Shown here: piece by piece, positions 22,278 through 34,092 of the stretch
How the letters are laid out: the number at the start of each line of letters is the position of its first letter
How positions within the stretch are numbered: the first letter of the stretch is position 1
Program-made: the position numbers and the translations under genes
The notes under the pieces: model-generated
Databases searched by the model: none
Seen by the model: the letters and a program-made list of their open reading frames with translations, nothing else
What the model was told of the DNA's origin: nothing
From: Hemiscyllium ocellatum
Taxonomy: Eukaryota
DNA length: 64,000 nt
Reading direction: 5' to 3'
Assembly: GCF_020745735.1 (NCBI RefSeq)
Contig: NC_083408.1
Span: 14,756,484-14,820,483 of the forward strand

Positions 22278-22400
22278 TTTTGAGAAGATTGGTAGCTGAG
22301 GTTGAGGTTCTGGATGTAGGTTTGCTCGCTGAGCTGGAAGGTTCATGTTCAGACATGTCGTCACCCTACTGGTTAACATCTTGAGTAAGCCTCCGGAAAA
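22278..22400 (-). mobile_element. Penelope-like terminal fragment, second family, decayed hammerhead-like motif
   Basis: Reverse complement CTCAAGATGTTAACCAGTAGGGTGACGACATGTCTGAACATGAACCTTCCAGCTCAGCGAGCAAACCTACATCC. Confidence 0.55.
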
Positions 22401-22734
22401 AGCTAGCTCGATAATCTCCCTCCAGCCTCAGAAATTATATGTCCGCGGTATAAGATTTTGTTTTTGTTGTTCATTTATTTTGAGGTTTCAAAAAAACTCA
22501 ACAAAAGCATGATTTGTTTCCCCCAAACAGATTTCTGCCCGCTCGCCTTTTGAAGAAGTCACTCTTGAATGACTCACAGCTGGGGAACAGCTCGGTGGGT
22601 TTCAGTCTCTTAAAAGATAAATCTTAGTCTAGTTCATTTTCAAGAAGTCTTGAATTCTCAGTTCATTTCCACAAATTATAAGCACAGAAGGAGAGCTTTC
22701 ATTTCTTTAACATCACTGTAAGGGGAGTGATCAC

Positions 22735-23060
22735 CGATGAGGTATTTTCACTGGAGTAGTAATCTGTAGACCCAGGTAATGTTCTGGGGAACTGGACTTA
22801 AATCCCACCAAGGCAAAGGTGGCAATTGAATTCAATAAAATCTGGAATGAAAACTCTAAGGATGGCCATGAAACCATTGTCGATTGTTAGGAAAATCCCA
22901 TCTGGTTCACTAATATCCTTTAGGCAAGAAAACTACCATCCTTACCTGGTCTGGCCAACATATGATTCCAGACCCACAGCAATGTAGTTGACTCTCACTG
23001 CCCACTGGGTAATTATGGATGGGCTGGCCTGGTCAGTGATACCCACATCCTTTGGATGAA
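22735..23060 (+). mobile_element. Second tRNA-derived SINE family, copy 2
   Basis: Shares body with 20060-20390 (GAATTCAATAAAATCTGGAAT, CTGGTTCACTAAT, CCAGACCCACAGCAATG). Confidence 0.75.
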
Positions 23061-23199
23061 TACAAACAAGGAAAACCGGAATCAGGGAGAACAGCCTTTT
23101 TTTTGGAAAGTTGTGCTGGCGGAGGTTTTCAAATAAACAAAAAGTTCACCTTGTTCGATAGCACTATGGATGCTGCAATAATCAGAGAGAATTTGAGAA

Positions 23200-26100
23200 A
23201 CAATGCACAGAGAGATCCCAGGTATATGGCAGAATATGAAGGTTGTAATAATAGGGAGTTAAATTTTCCGAACATTGACTGGGACTGCTATAGTGTGAAA
23301 GATTGAGTTGGTGATGGATTTGTTAAATGAGTTCAAGAACATTCTCTTCATCCAAATGTAAATGTTCCTATGAGAAGGAGCAAAACCTGATTTTTTTCTC
23401 GATTAATAAGACAGGGCAAGCAACTGAAGTGATAGCGGGTGAACACTTTGAGTGGGACGAGATTGTCGGCTCCTTGTGGAAATATTTGTATAATCAGGAA
23501 TGACGGGTGAGGTATTTGATGACTGGAGAGTGGCTAAAGTTGTACCTTTGTCTGTGAAGGAGAAGCCTGGGAATGACAGGCCAGTGAGTCTGACTTCAGT
23601 GATTGGTAAGTTGCTGCAGATGATTCTGAAGGATATGATTTACATGTATTTGGAGAGATATGGAATGATTAGTGACAATCAGCTTTGAAACAGTAGTCGA
23701 GAGAGTAATAGTGGAGGGTTGTTTTTCAGACTGAAGGCCTGTGACCAGCAGTGTTCGCCAGGGATCAGTGCTGGGTCCACTTTTATTTGCCATTCACATG
23801 AATGATTTCGATGAGAATATGGAAAGTTTGGTTTGTAAATTTGTGGGTGGCACGAAAAATTGTGCTAAAGTGGAATTCAGCAAAGGTTATGCACGATTCC
23901 AAAGAGATGTTGATCAATAGGGTGAATGGCGGAAGAGTGGCAGATGGAGTTTAATCTGAATAAACGCAAAATATTACATTTCCATAGAACAAACAAGGGC
24001 AATATACAAATGCTATAGGAAGGATCGGGAAGGAGGCAAGACGTTGGGGGCGCGGCGGAGGTGGAGTTTTTCATAAGTGATAACATTACAGCTGTACTGA
24101 GGAAGGATATTCCTGGGAATACATCCAGGAATTCATTTGGGTGGAAGTGAAATATACGAAAAAGATTATTACCTTTTTGGGACTGTACTATAGAGCTCCA
24201 CATAATCAGTGGAAATTGAGAAACAAATTTGTAAGGAGATCTCACTTATCTGTAAGAATAATAGAGGAGTTATGGTAAGGGATTTTAACTTTCTAACTCT
24301 AGACTGGGACTGCCATAGTGTTAAAGGTTTAGATAGAGAGGAAATTGTTAAGTGTGTACAAGAAGATTTCCTGATTCTGTAAGTGGATCAACTTACTAGA
24401 GAAGGTGCAAAACGTGACCTACTCTTGGGGAATAAGGCAGGGCAGGTGAGTGAGCTGTCAGTGGGGGAACACTTAGCGACCATAATTCTCTTCGCTTTAA
24501 AATAGTGATGGAAAAGGATAGACACAGTCTAACTGTTAAAATTCTAAATTGGATAAACGACAATTTTGACATAATTCGGTAAGATCTCTGAAAAGGTGAC
24601 TGGGTGCTGATTTTTGCAAGTAAAGGAATGACTGGAAGATGATGAAGTTTTCAAAAATGAGATAATGAGACTGTGTTTTCCTGTTGGGGTGAAAGGTAAG
24701 CTGGTAAGTGTGAAGAATGCTGAATGACTATAAAAATTGATGGTTTGGTCAAGGAAAAGAAGGAAGCATATGTTAGGTATAGACAGAATAGATCGAGTAT
24801 AAAGGCAGTAGGAGAAGACTTAAGAGGCAAATTAGGAGGAAAAAGGGGGGCATGAGATAGTTTTGGCAAATGGGGTTAAGGAGAATCCAAAATGATTCTA
24901 CAAATACATTAATGATTAAGGGGTAACTAGGGAGACAATAGGGCCCTTCAAGGATCAGCAAGGCAGCCGATGTGTCGAACTGCGTGATGTGGGGGAGATA
25001 CTAAAGGAGTATCTGCATTAACTTTTACTGTGGAGAAGGACATGGAAGATATAGAATGTGGGCAAGTAGATAGTGACATCTTGAAAAATGCCCAGATTAC
25101 AGAGGAGAGCTGCTGGATGTCTTAAAACACATAAAGGTTGGTAAATCCTCAGGACCTGATATGGTGTACCCTTGAAATCTGGAGAAAGCTAGCGAAGTGA
25201 TTGATGTGCTCCTTGCTGAGATATTAGTATCATCGATAGTCACAGGTGAGCTGCTGGAAGACAGCAGGTTGGCTAACGTGGTGCCACACTTTAAGAAGGG
25301 TGGTAAGGACAGGCCAAGGAACTATAGCCCAGTGAGTCTGACAACATTGGTGGACACGTTGCAATTGAATGGAATCCTGAGGAACAGGATTTACATGTAT
25401 GTGGAAAGGTAAAGATTGATTAGGGATAGTCTGCATAGCTTTGTGCATGGGAAATCATGTCTTATGAATTTGATTGCAATTCTTGAAAAAGTAACGAACA
25501 AAATTAATTAGGCAGAGCGATGTACGTGATTTATATGAACCTAAGTGAGGCATTCGATAAGGTTCCTCATGGAAGACTGGCTAGCAAGGTTAGATCTCAT
25601 GGAATACAGGGAAAACTAACCACTTGGATGCAGAACTGGTTTGAAGGTAGAAGACAGAGGGTGGTGGTGGAGGGTTGATTTTTAGACTGGAGGCCTGTGA
25701 CCAGAAGTGTGCCACAAGGATCGGTGCTGGGTAAACTGCCTTTCATCATTTATAGCAATATTTGGATGTGATCGTAGAAGGATTATGTAGCAAATTTGCA
25801 GATGATTTCAAAATTTTAGATATATTGGACAGTGAAGAAGGTTACTTCAGAGTACAACAGGATCTTGATCAGATGGGCCAATGGACCAGAGATTGGGAAA
25901 AGAGTTTAATACAGATACATGCGAGTTGATGCATTTTGGAAAGACAAATCAGGGCTGGACTTATGCACTTCATGGTAAGGTCCTGGGGAGTGTTGTTGAG
26001 CAAAGAGACCTTGGAGAGCAGGTTCATAGTTCTTTGGAAGTGGAGTCTCAGGAAGACAGGATAGTGTAAAGGCATTGAGCATGCTTGCATTTATTGGCCA

Positions 26101-26705
26101 GAACATTGAGTATAGGAGTTGCGAGGTCATGTTGCGGCTATACAGGGCAATGGTTAGGCCGTTGGTGGAATATTGCGTGCAATTCTGGTCTCCTTCCTAT
26201 CGGAAAGATGTTGAGAAACTTGAAAGGGTTCGGAAACGATTTACAAGGATGTTGCCAGGGTTGGAGGATTTGAGCTCTGGGAAGAGGCTGAATAGGCTGG
26301 TGCTCTTTTCCCTGGAGTGTCATAGGTTGAGTGATGACCTTATAGAAGTTTACAAAAACATGAGGGGCATGGATAGGATAAATATGCAAAAGCTTTTCAC
26401 TGGGGTCGGGGAACTGGAATACATAGGTTTAGAGTGAAAGGGAAAAGGTATAAAAGAGACCTAAGGGGCAACGTTTTCGCACAGAGGGTGGTGCGTGTAT
26501 CGAATAAGCTGCCAGAGGAAGTGGTGGAGGCTGGTACGATTGCAACATTTAAAAGGCATCTGGGTGGGAATATGAATAGGAAGGGTTTCAAGAGATATGG
26601 GCCAGGTGCTGGCAGGTGGGACTAGTTTGGGTCAAGGTATATCCGGTAAGCATGGATGGGTTGGACCGAAGGGTCAGTTTCCATTCTGCAATATCTCGAT
26701 GACTC
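23200..26705 (+). mobile_element. Decayed CR1 ORF2 fragments (short RT piece, then longer endonuclease-RT-3' UTR copy)
   Basis: [51 protein letters not shown] motifs with many stops; tail ends near 26705. Confidence 0.9.
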
Positions 26706-27121
26706 TGTGTATCTTTGACTTTAAGTTGGTAAAGTCCATTCAGTGTTACAAAGCCAAAGTTGTCTTCATTCCTTCAGATAAAGGTACCTGCCAGTATCCT
26801 CTGAGCAATTCCATATTCCAAATATAAGTTGCTTGTTCTACCCTTTCAATACAGTATTCTCATTGTGGAATCGGATATGAATCAGACTCTGCAACCGCAT
26901 TCACTTTGCAATAGTCTGCACACAATCATCTGGCTGTGGCATCATTACTGTGACTGAGCTCCAGTTGCTGCAACTCACTTTGATGCTTTGTTTCGGAACA
27001 TGCGTTCAAGCTGTCTTTGAAACTCTACCAACTTTCTTTGGTATAAATCTATAAGGATATTGCTTAATTGGAAAAGCTTTTCCTATATCTATATCATGCA
27101 TAATTAAATTAGTACTTTTTT

Positions 27122-27426
27122 TTAGATTAGACTTACAGTGTGGAAACAGGCCCTTCGGCCCAACAAATCCACACCGACCCGCCGAAGCGAAACCCACCCA
27201 TACCCCTACATTTACCCCTTACCTAACACTACGGGCAATTTAGCATGGCCAATTCACCTGACCCGCACATCTTTGGACTGTGGGAGGAAACCGGAGCACC
27301 CGGAGGAAACCCACGCAGACACGGGGAGAACGTGCAAACTCCACACAGTCACCTGAGTCGGGAATTGAACCCGGGTCTCAGGTGCTGTGAGGCAGCAGTG
27401 CTAACCACTGTGCCACCGTGCCACCC
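27122..27426 (-). mobile_element. HE1-like SINE inserted in Gypsy pol just upstream of the RT motifs
   Basis: Full-length reverse copy, (TTAGA) tail at 27122, head GGGTGGCACGGTGGCACAGTGG at 27426. Confidence 0.93.
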
Positions 27427-27642
27427 ACATTATTCGCACACATCTCGCCATGCTACAGTAATAACTTTTTTAGGTCGTTTTGATTTACTGGGGAAGGCAA
27501 CTCAGTAATTTATAACAAATTTTCAGAACGTCGTCATTGTCCATTTTAATTTGAGGAAAGTGCAATTCAGAATCCTCTGAACTCACTTCGTCACTCTGCG
27601 TTGTATCCAGTAAAACATTCTCTTTTTATTTTCCTTCTCGGT

Positions 27643-28621
27643 TGTTACGGACCAGGCCAGACGCCTCAAAACATTTCAAGAAGGTAATCCAGATCATAAC
27701 TTTGCGACTTGTTTTGCGAAGGTGTACAGTGGATATACAGTGAGAGAATCTGGTGATCAAAACATCTCATGTTAAACCAAACATGATTTATTTACAGGAT
27801 TACTGAATGAAACACAAAGAACAGGAAACAGAATACAGAATGACTTATCCTATCTTAAAACCTCTCGGAGAAAGTAAGGACTATATTAAAACCTGACAGT
27901 TTATCTGTTCGAAGATACTTGCAAAATCCCTATAAACACCTCTTGGCGCAAAAAGGTCAAATCAAACACAAGTGTGGACTGCATGGTGTCTCAGTGGTTA
28001 GCACTGTTGCCTCACAGAGCCAAGGACCTGGGTTCAATTCCTGCCTCACGCAACTGTCTGTGTGGAGTTTGCACATTCTGTCCATGTCTGCTCGCGTTTC
28101 CTCTGGGTGCTCTGATTCCTCCCACAGTCCAAAGATGTGCAGGTTAGGTGAATCGGCCATGCTAAATTGCCTGTAGTGTTGGCTGCATTGGTCAGGTTAA
28201 ATGTAGGGGTATGAGTCTGGGTGGGTTACTCTTCGGAGGGTCGGTGTGAACTTGTTGGGCCGAAGGGCCTGTTTCCACATTGTAGATAGTCTAATCTAAT
28301 GATTATCACAAGATAGACGGTTGAGAGAGATTACCAGCACGGACCTGCTTCCTTGGGTCCAGCAGCCTTTCTTCACACTAATGCTAAAGAAAGGCAAACC
28401 AGAGAAAGCTGAGCTGGAAGAACTGGCCGCTCCCCTTTAATTATGCAAGTGTTTGTTTAAACTTTAACACCTTCTTACTTGAGGCAGTACCTGTTAGCTA
28501 TTATCAAATTGGTCCTAAAATCATACCAGACTGAAACTTTACTGAACCTGCTTTTTTATGACCTCCAGGAGAAAAGAAAACAATGAAAACATAACCTTGT
28601 TAAAGGAAATGCTTTGTCACA
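27643..28621 (-). mobile_element. Probable solo LTR inserted between Gypsy integrase and RT
   Basis: TGTTAC...GTCACA termini (TG..CA, near-inverted); splits the phrase LKGHFD|REG; minus-strand AATAAA at about 27787-27792; no clear TSD. Confidence 0.6.
27975..28300 (+). mobile_element. HE1-like SINE nested in the solo LTR
   Basis: CAGTGGTTAGCACTGTTGCC head, GGTTCAATTCC B box, CTAATCTAAT tail. Confidence 0.9.
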
Positions 28622-30214
28622 TTATCAAAATGCCCTTTGAGCACATTCACAGGGCACTGTGTGAGATGTATTTCTATCTACAGTCCTTATTAAATAATTC
28701 ACCTCACTCAACTTACTTTCACTTTGGCAAGCTCCACTAAATCTTGCTTTTAAAGTCTCACCTCTCACTGGAAGTAACATTAACACTTTATCTCTGTTCT
28801 CAAAATTGCAAATTTTCTATCTCTTGACTGCTTCCTGCTTCATCACATGCTGTGCTACTTTTAAATGCCATCTAGCCAACTCCCCCGCTCAATTTAATCA
28901 TTCCCTCAAATTTGACACACAGTTTCAGTATGTGGTAGCTGAACTCTGACTCACTCTTTTTTCCTTATTTATTTTCAGTGGTCCTCTCAGCTCATGCCCC
29001 AACACTTATTCAAATAGACTGAATGAGGCAGATTCATTTTGTACGTCCCAATTGGCAAGATGTACAAATGAAATTCCTTCATCCAGTTGGTTTAATTGTC
29101 TTGACAATAAACCCTCAATATGGTCTTCTCTGAATTTAATAAGGGGCTTTGAAGTTTGATACCACCTTTCTAACACTCCCAGCCATCCTTGCTGGGAAAC
29201 AGTAAATTGAATTGTTTTATTCCTAAGCTACCCGTACCTTCCATGCATAAATATGATGTAAAGTTTGACCCTAGATCTGATTGCATCTGTGTGTGTAGTC
29301 TTTGTCGAGTTAAACATTGGGGTAACTCTTCCACAGTCTTTCTAGCAGTGGTATTGCACAAATGGAATTACCTCTACAAATCTAATGGACTCATTTATGA
29401 TTGTTAAATAATGCTGTTTCCCACTTTTTTTATGTTGTGAAGGCATCCTACTCAATCAGTTAAGACTCTTGTAAAAGGTTCCTCAATGCAGGGATGGGTA
29501 TTAAAGATGCTTGTTTTATTACTGCCTGAGTTTTTCAGATTGCATGACATGTATGACATTTCTGGCAATTTTCAACTCCATCTTTGTGCAGTCCAAGCCA
29601 GTCAAAATGTTTGTGTATTTTAGAGTGAGTTCTTCCCATTCCCACAATGACCCACAGGTGGCTCATGTGCTACCTGCCACATCTCCTTTCTATAAGCCCC
29701 AGGCAATTAATTGCTCCCCCTTTGCCATCTGCCTGAATGTCTGCTGGTCTCCATTTCCTCATCAAGTCATCATGTTTAAGTTACTAAAATTTGGGAATGC
29801 ACTCAGATTCTTCTTCTGTGTATACTTTTCAATGCAATTGTTTCAGTTTTTCATCTTCCATTAGTTCTCCATCTATTTTTGTTTTGTCTGAGCTGTTCTA
29901 TCAAATATGGTCTCTGATAATTCTGTTTTAAATAGCTTATCTGTACTCTTTGATTTCTTCTATTTCTTCTGGTGGCTTTGTGATCTTGTTATCTATCCAT
30001 TATTTTTTTCCAATTTTTTTCATGATTCACATAACAATGATGGTCATTGTATTTATTTAGAACATGAGATTATCCATCCATAAGAATGTTGAATTATTGT
30101 GTTCTATTAGAATGATGATGAAGTTATTGATTTTCACTGCCCAATTCCAACAGCAGACCTTGTCACAACAATAATCTTTACTTCTGACCGAAAAGTCGGG
30201 GTTTCGGACAGGAA

Positions 30215-30345
30215 AGTCCATGAAAGCCTTATGCCCAAAACGTTGACTCTTCTACTCCTTGGATATGCTGCCTGACCCGCTGTGCTTTTCCAGCGCCACA
30301 CTTTGTGACTCTGAGCTGCAGTCCTCATTTTCTCCTTTTCCCTCG
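30215..30345 (+). mobile_element. Penelope-like terminal fragment, decayed
   Basis: CTTATGCCCAAAACGTTGACTCT...GCTGCCTGACCCGCTGTGCTTTTCCAGC. Confidence 0.7.
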
Positions 30346-31066
30346 GTTGTCTTGTCTGGTCTGAAGTAATCTGAGAGTTACAGATGCACTTGCAAGGAGT
30401 TTTTTGGTCTTGGAACATGCAAAGGGAGGAGTGAAAAGGCTGTCGTATGGAGACATACAGGGGTTGTTGGGTTTAATTGAGATGTGGGCGGGGGTATCCC
30501 AGTTGGAATGCTGAGATTTGGAGGTGACCTGACAAATTATTGAATTTTGTGGCCTCTCAAATGGAGAGTTCCTAAATCATCCAACAAGTGTGTCTTGGGC
30601 ATGTCGACAGAATGGAAGCATGTGACTTGTGAATTTACTTCTTGCATGGTAAGATTCCTACATCCAGGCAGCTAGTGATGGACCAAAGGATCGACTTCAG
30701 GAATGACAGCCCTGAACATCGACTATACATGGAGAGAATGCCTATTGTCTGAGAGAAATGATTGAGAAGATTTCCATTGGTTTGACGTGAGTTGCCAGGT
30801 GATCAGACATCACCTTAGACGCTAAAACAAAAGGCAATAACTCATAATGACACTCTGTAATTGTTAGTGAGAGATTGGTGATAGAAGCTGTCTCTTATGA
30901 ATTAGTCTTTTCATCAAGCAGTAAAATTACATTGCATGGAGACACGCAATCTGAAATACATTAGAGCACCATCCAGCTACTGGAGCATGCTGGTGGCCTC
31001 TGACAAATAAAGTAGTTTCAAGGAGATCTGATGTGCTTCACATGGCCACAGATTCAGAAATGCATA

Positions 31067-31197
31067 NNNNNNNNNNNNNNNNNNNNNNNNNNNNNNNNNN
31101 NNNNNNNNNNNNNNNNNNNNNNNNNNNNNNNNNNNNNNNNNNNNNNNNNNNNNNNNNNNNNNNNNNNNNNNNNNNNNNNNNNNNNNNNNNNNNNNNN
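31067..31197. other. Assembly gap (131 N), followed by CA-rich microsatellite to about 31340
   Basis: Run of N. Confidence 1.
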
Positions 31198-31549
31198 GAG
31201 ACACAAACAGACACTCACACACACATACAACCATACAGAGACAGACACATAGATACATAGACACACGCTCACAGACACACACGCACAGAGACACACACCA
31301 CCACACACAGATACACACGCACAGAATTGCAGACACACAAAGAAACAATCACAGAACAAAATGACATCTTGTGTTAAGAATGAACAAATCTGCACTTCAA
31401 TCTTGATTCTTGGGAGGCGATGTTGCAATTGAAATTTGAGACGTTGAGTCTTTACATTTTCTTTCAGGTCGGGTGATGAGCAATATTTTGAGGTAAATGA
31501 GGAAGCACTAATAGTGTCCATGGTTTCCTCAGGGCAATATCCTCCCAAC

Positions 31550-31910
31550 ATAGAAGATAGGAGCAGGAGAAGGCCATTCAGCCCTTTGAACCTGCTCTGC
31601 AATTATTATGATCGTGGCTCATCGTCCAACTCAACAACCTCATCCTGTCTAATCCCCTTTGAACTCATTTGCCTTCAATGCAATATTGAGCCACATCTTC
31701 AATACATGCAATGTTTTGGCATCAACTAATTGCAATGATAATAAATTCCACAGGCTCATCACTCTTTGGGTGAAGAAATGTCTCCCTCATCTCTTTCCTA
31801 AATGATCCATTCCAAATCTTCAGTCTGTGTCCCCTGATTCTAGAGACACTTACCATCAGGAGCATCCTCCCTGTAACTACCCTGTCTCGTCCTGTTAGAA
31901 TGTGGTGTTT
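31550..31910 (-). mobile_element. CR1 3' end fragment
   Basis: Minus-strand RIRGHRLKI...MRETFLHPK; AGAAGATAGGAGCAGGAGAAGGCCATTCAGCCC tail. Confidence 0.75.
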
Positions 31911-32254
31911 GAGCTTTGATTTTAGTTTTATCTGCTTGTGAATTAATGTAGAAATAAAGGGAGGTAACTTCCAGTTGAATTTGCTTTTTTTTTTAAACAA
32001 AATACATGCAACGATCAAGATAAACAGACCTGAAGCTACTCAATTTTACTTCCACCATTTGAAAAAAAAACATTTCCAAAGAAGCTGTTCAGCAAAACAA
32101 ATATCCCAAGATGTGTATGTCCATGTTTAAGTGTAACCTCATGTAAAGACATGATCCCATGTGTTTGGGCTGTGCAAACTGATACCAGGATCCAGTCTCA
32201 GCCTCCAGCAGGAAACCAACAGGCGGAAGATATAAGCCTGCCCCTTCCGATGGC

Positions 32255-32263
32255 TATATAAAT
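32255..32263 (+). promoter_or_regulatory. TATA-like box of the VH promoter
   Basis: TATATAAAT about 90 bp upstream of leader ATG 32350. Confidence 0.55.
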
Positions 32264-32349
32264 CCTGGGCACTGGACTGTAATTCAACACTCCTGGGTCG
32301 GCTTTGTTTAGAAAGACCTTGACAGAACCGTTTCCCACAATTTATCAAA

Positions 32350-32398
32350 ATGATTGTGTCGACATTTTTTCTCAGTTTGTTACTGACTTTCTTATCAT
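32350..32398 (+). pseudogene. IGHV: VH leader exon (MIVSTFFLSLLLTFLS)
   Basis: Hydrophobic signal peptide, phase-1 donor GTGAGT at 32399; joins V exon to give ...FLSCVQS|EVVLTQ. Confidence 0.92.
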
Positions 32399-32527
32399 GT
32401 GAGTATTTTTTTTGTTCAAGTCTCTCTTTGTTACTGTCTCAATGTTAGTCTACGACAGGTATGTAAAAGACAAAGCCATCATTTCATCAGCATTAATGCT
32501 CATGACTTATTTGTTTTAATTTTAAAG

Positions 32528-32832
32528 GTGTGCAGTCGGAGGTTGTTTTGACTCAGCCAGAGGCAGAGCCTGGCCATCCTGCAGGCAGCCAGAAGCTGAC
32601 CTGAAAAACCAGCGGGTTCAATCTTGGCAGCAGCTACATGCACTGGGTCCGACAGATTCCGGGACAGGTTCTGGATTGGCTGATTTAGTTCAATAGACAA
32701 TCCAGCAATTACTGTGTACCAGCGATTAAGGGGCGATTTACTGTATCCAAAGACACTTCAAACAACATTTTCGCGTTGGACATGGAGAGCCTGAAGATCG
32801 AAGACTTCGCCATCGATTACTGTGCAATAGGC
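32528..32832 (+). pseudogene. IGHV: IgM-type VH exon with two stop codons
   Basis: [96 protein letters not shown]; TGA 32602-32604 replaces the first Cys; TAG 32686-32688. Confidence 0.96.
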
Positions 32833-32871
32833 CACAGCGAGAGGAACCAGGGTTGGACCCGTTCAAAAACA
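32833..32871 (+). other. VH 3' recombination signal, 23-bp spacer
   Basis: CACAGCG + 23 nt + TCAAAAACA. Confidence 0.93.
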
Positions 32872-33229
32872 GCTGAGGGAACATTTTGTCATTCCATCAT
32901 AAACTGACGGTCATTTTGAATTTTAAATGCAAATATACCAATGGCGATCTGAAGCAGACCTCACACTGCCTCTTACAAAGCTATCAAAAAGAAAATGTAC
33001 CGTTTAAACTAGCAAACTGGTGACACAATGGGACAATGTTTTGGGCATGTCATATGTTCTGCTAACACTTTCATCAATTAAGTGCTTGGACAAAATGTTA
33101 GTTTTAATATATCTGACAGCTCTGAAAATCACAGCTAATTGTTATGTCAGTTATGGCATTAATTCTGAACATGATCAGTACTACATGGCTCTTTCAAATG
33201 AAAATTGACACCTAGAGTAAAGAACAGAG

Positions 33230-33308
33230 AATGAGTGTACTGGTCTACATCATTGTGTACTACAGTGGGTCACAGTGTTGTGCATAGAGACATCCTCATA
33301 GAAAAACC
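33230..33308 (+). other. IGHD: D1 segment (TACTACAGTGGGT, 33258-33270) with 5' 12-RSS and 3' 22-RSS
   Basis: 5' heptamer CATTGTG 33251-33257 (nonamer position reads AATGAGTGT, poor); 3' CACAGTG 33271-33277 + 22 nt + AGAAAAACC 33300-33308. Confidence 0.88.
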
Positions 33309-33606
33309 ACTGACAAGGATTGGTCTCAAGTTGGTGATTTCTACCGTGGCAGAAGCAAGAAATAATGTGAGTTGCAACTTAAATGCAATCCAGTAGAGCT
33401 AGTTTGTAAAAATGTATATTTTTCTACCTTCTTCGTGTTGATTGATAAGTTAAATGCAGATCAAACCTGTAAAAGTATTCCAAGCTTTCAAAATACAATG
33501 AGTAGTAAAAGCTGAAATAATGCCCTGAATACATTTTAGAGGAGTTTGAATCACTGCTTTCCAGGAAGTGATGAAATTATCTGCAATTTACAGTTACAAT
33601 CTGTTA

Positions 33607-33677
33607 CAGTATTTTCACAACGTGTCTCACAGTGATATAGCTGGAGTGACACTGCAATTATGATCAATACAAAAAAC
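33607..33677 (+). other. IGHD: D2 segment (ATATAGCTGGAGTGA, 33635-33649) with 12/12 RSS
   Basis: 5' CACAGTG 33628-33634 (nonamer position CAGTATTTT, poor); 3' CACTGCA 33650-33656 + 12 nt + ACAAAAAAC 33669-33677. Confidence 0.82.
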
Positions 33678-34004
33678 TATTCAGCATCCACTGTTTGAAA
33701 CTAGTCAGTGATCCCTACTACAAAACGTCTTAACTTGCAGTGCAGTATTAGTTCTGTTGAGTTTTATGCCAGTACCACGATTTAATTTGTAAAAGTGTTG
33801 GGTAATTATTGATACACCAGTTGCGGATTTTGAAAATCAGCTCATGTGTTACTCTGTGAAATATTAAACAGTATTAAAATTTATCGAGAATGGTCCGAAT
33901 TTAATAGCGCAATTCTGTGGTGAAGATTTATTGTGAATTTATTTTGCCAGTGGTCCTGACAACTTAAACTATTGGTAGAGTTTTGATTTGTTTTATGCAG
34001 AGCG

Positions 34005-34092
34005 AGTTATTGTGTGACGCAGTCCAAAGAATGTAACACCGTGACTATCATGATTACTGGGGCCAAGTGGCAATTGGTGACAGTGAATTCAG
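34005..34092 (+). pseudogene. IGHJ: JH segment (34044-34092) with 23-RSS, frameshifted
   Basis: AGTTATTGT + 23 nt + CACCGTG; YHDYWGQ then one extra base before LVTVNS; donor GTAAG at 34093. Confidence 0.92.

Larger units (their letters stand above)
26710..30100 (-). mobile_element. Decayed Gypsy-type LTR retrotransposon internal region, integrase upstream of RT
   Basis: Integrase QSDLGSNFTS (ORF 29170-29361), LERWYQT, SEVNYLIRT (~28690); RT TNLIMHDIDIGKAFPIKQYPYR (~27050-27115) lies downstream on the same strand; gag-side boundary near 30100 is uncertain. Confidence 0.85.
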
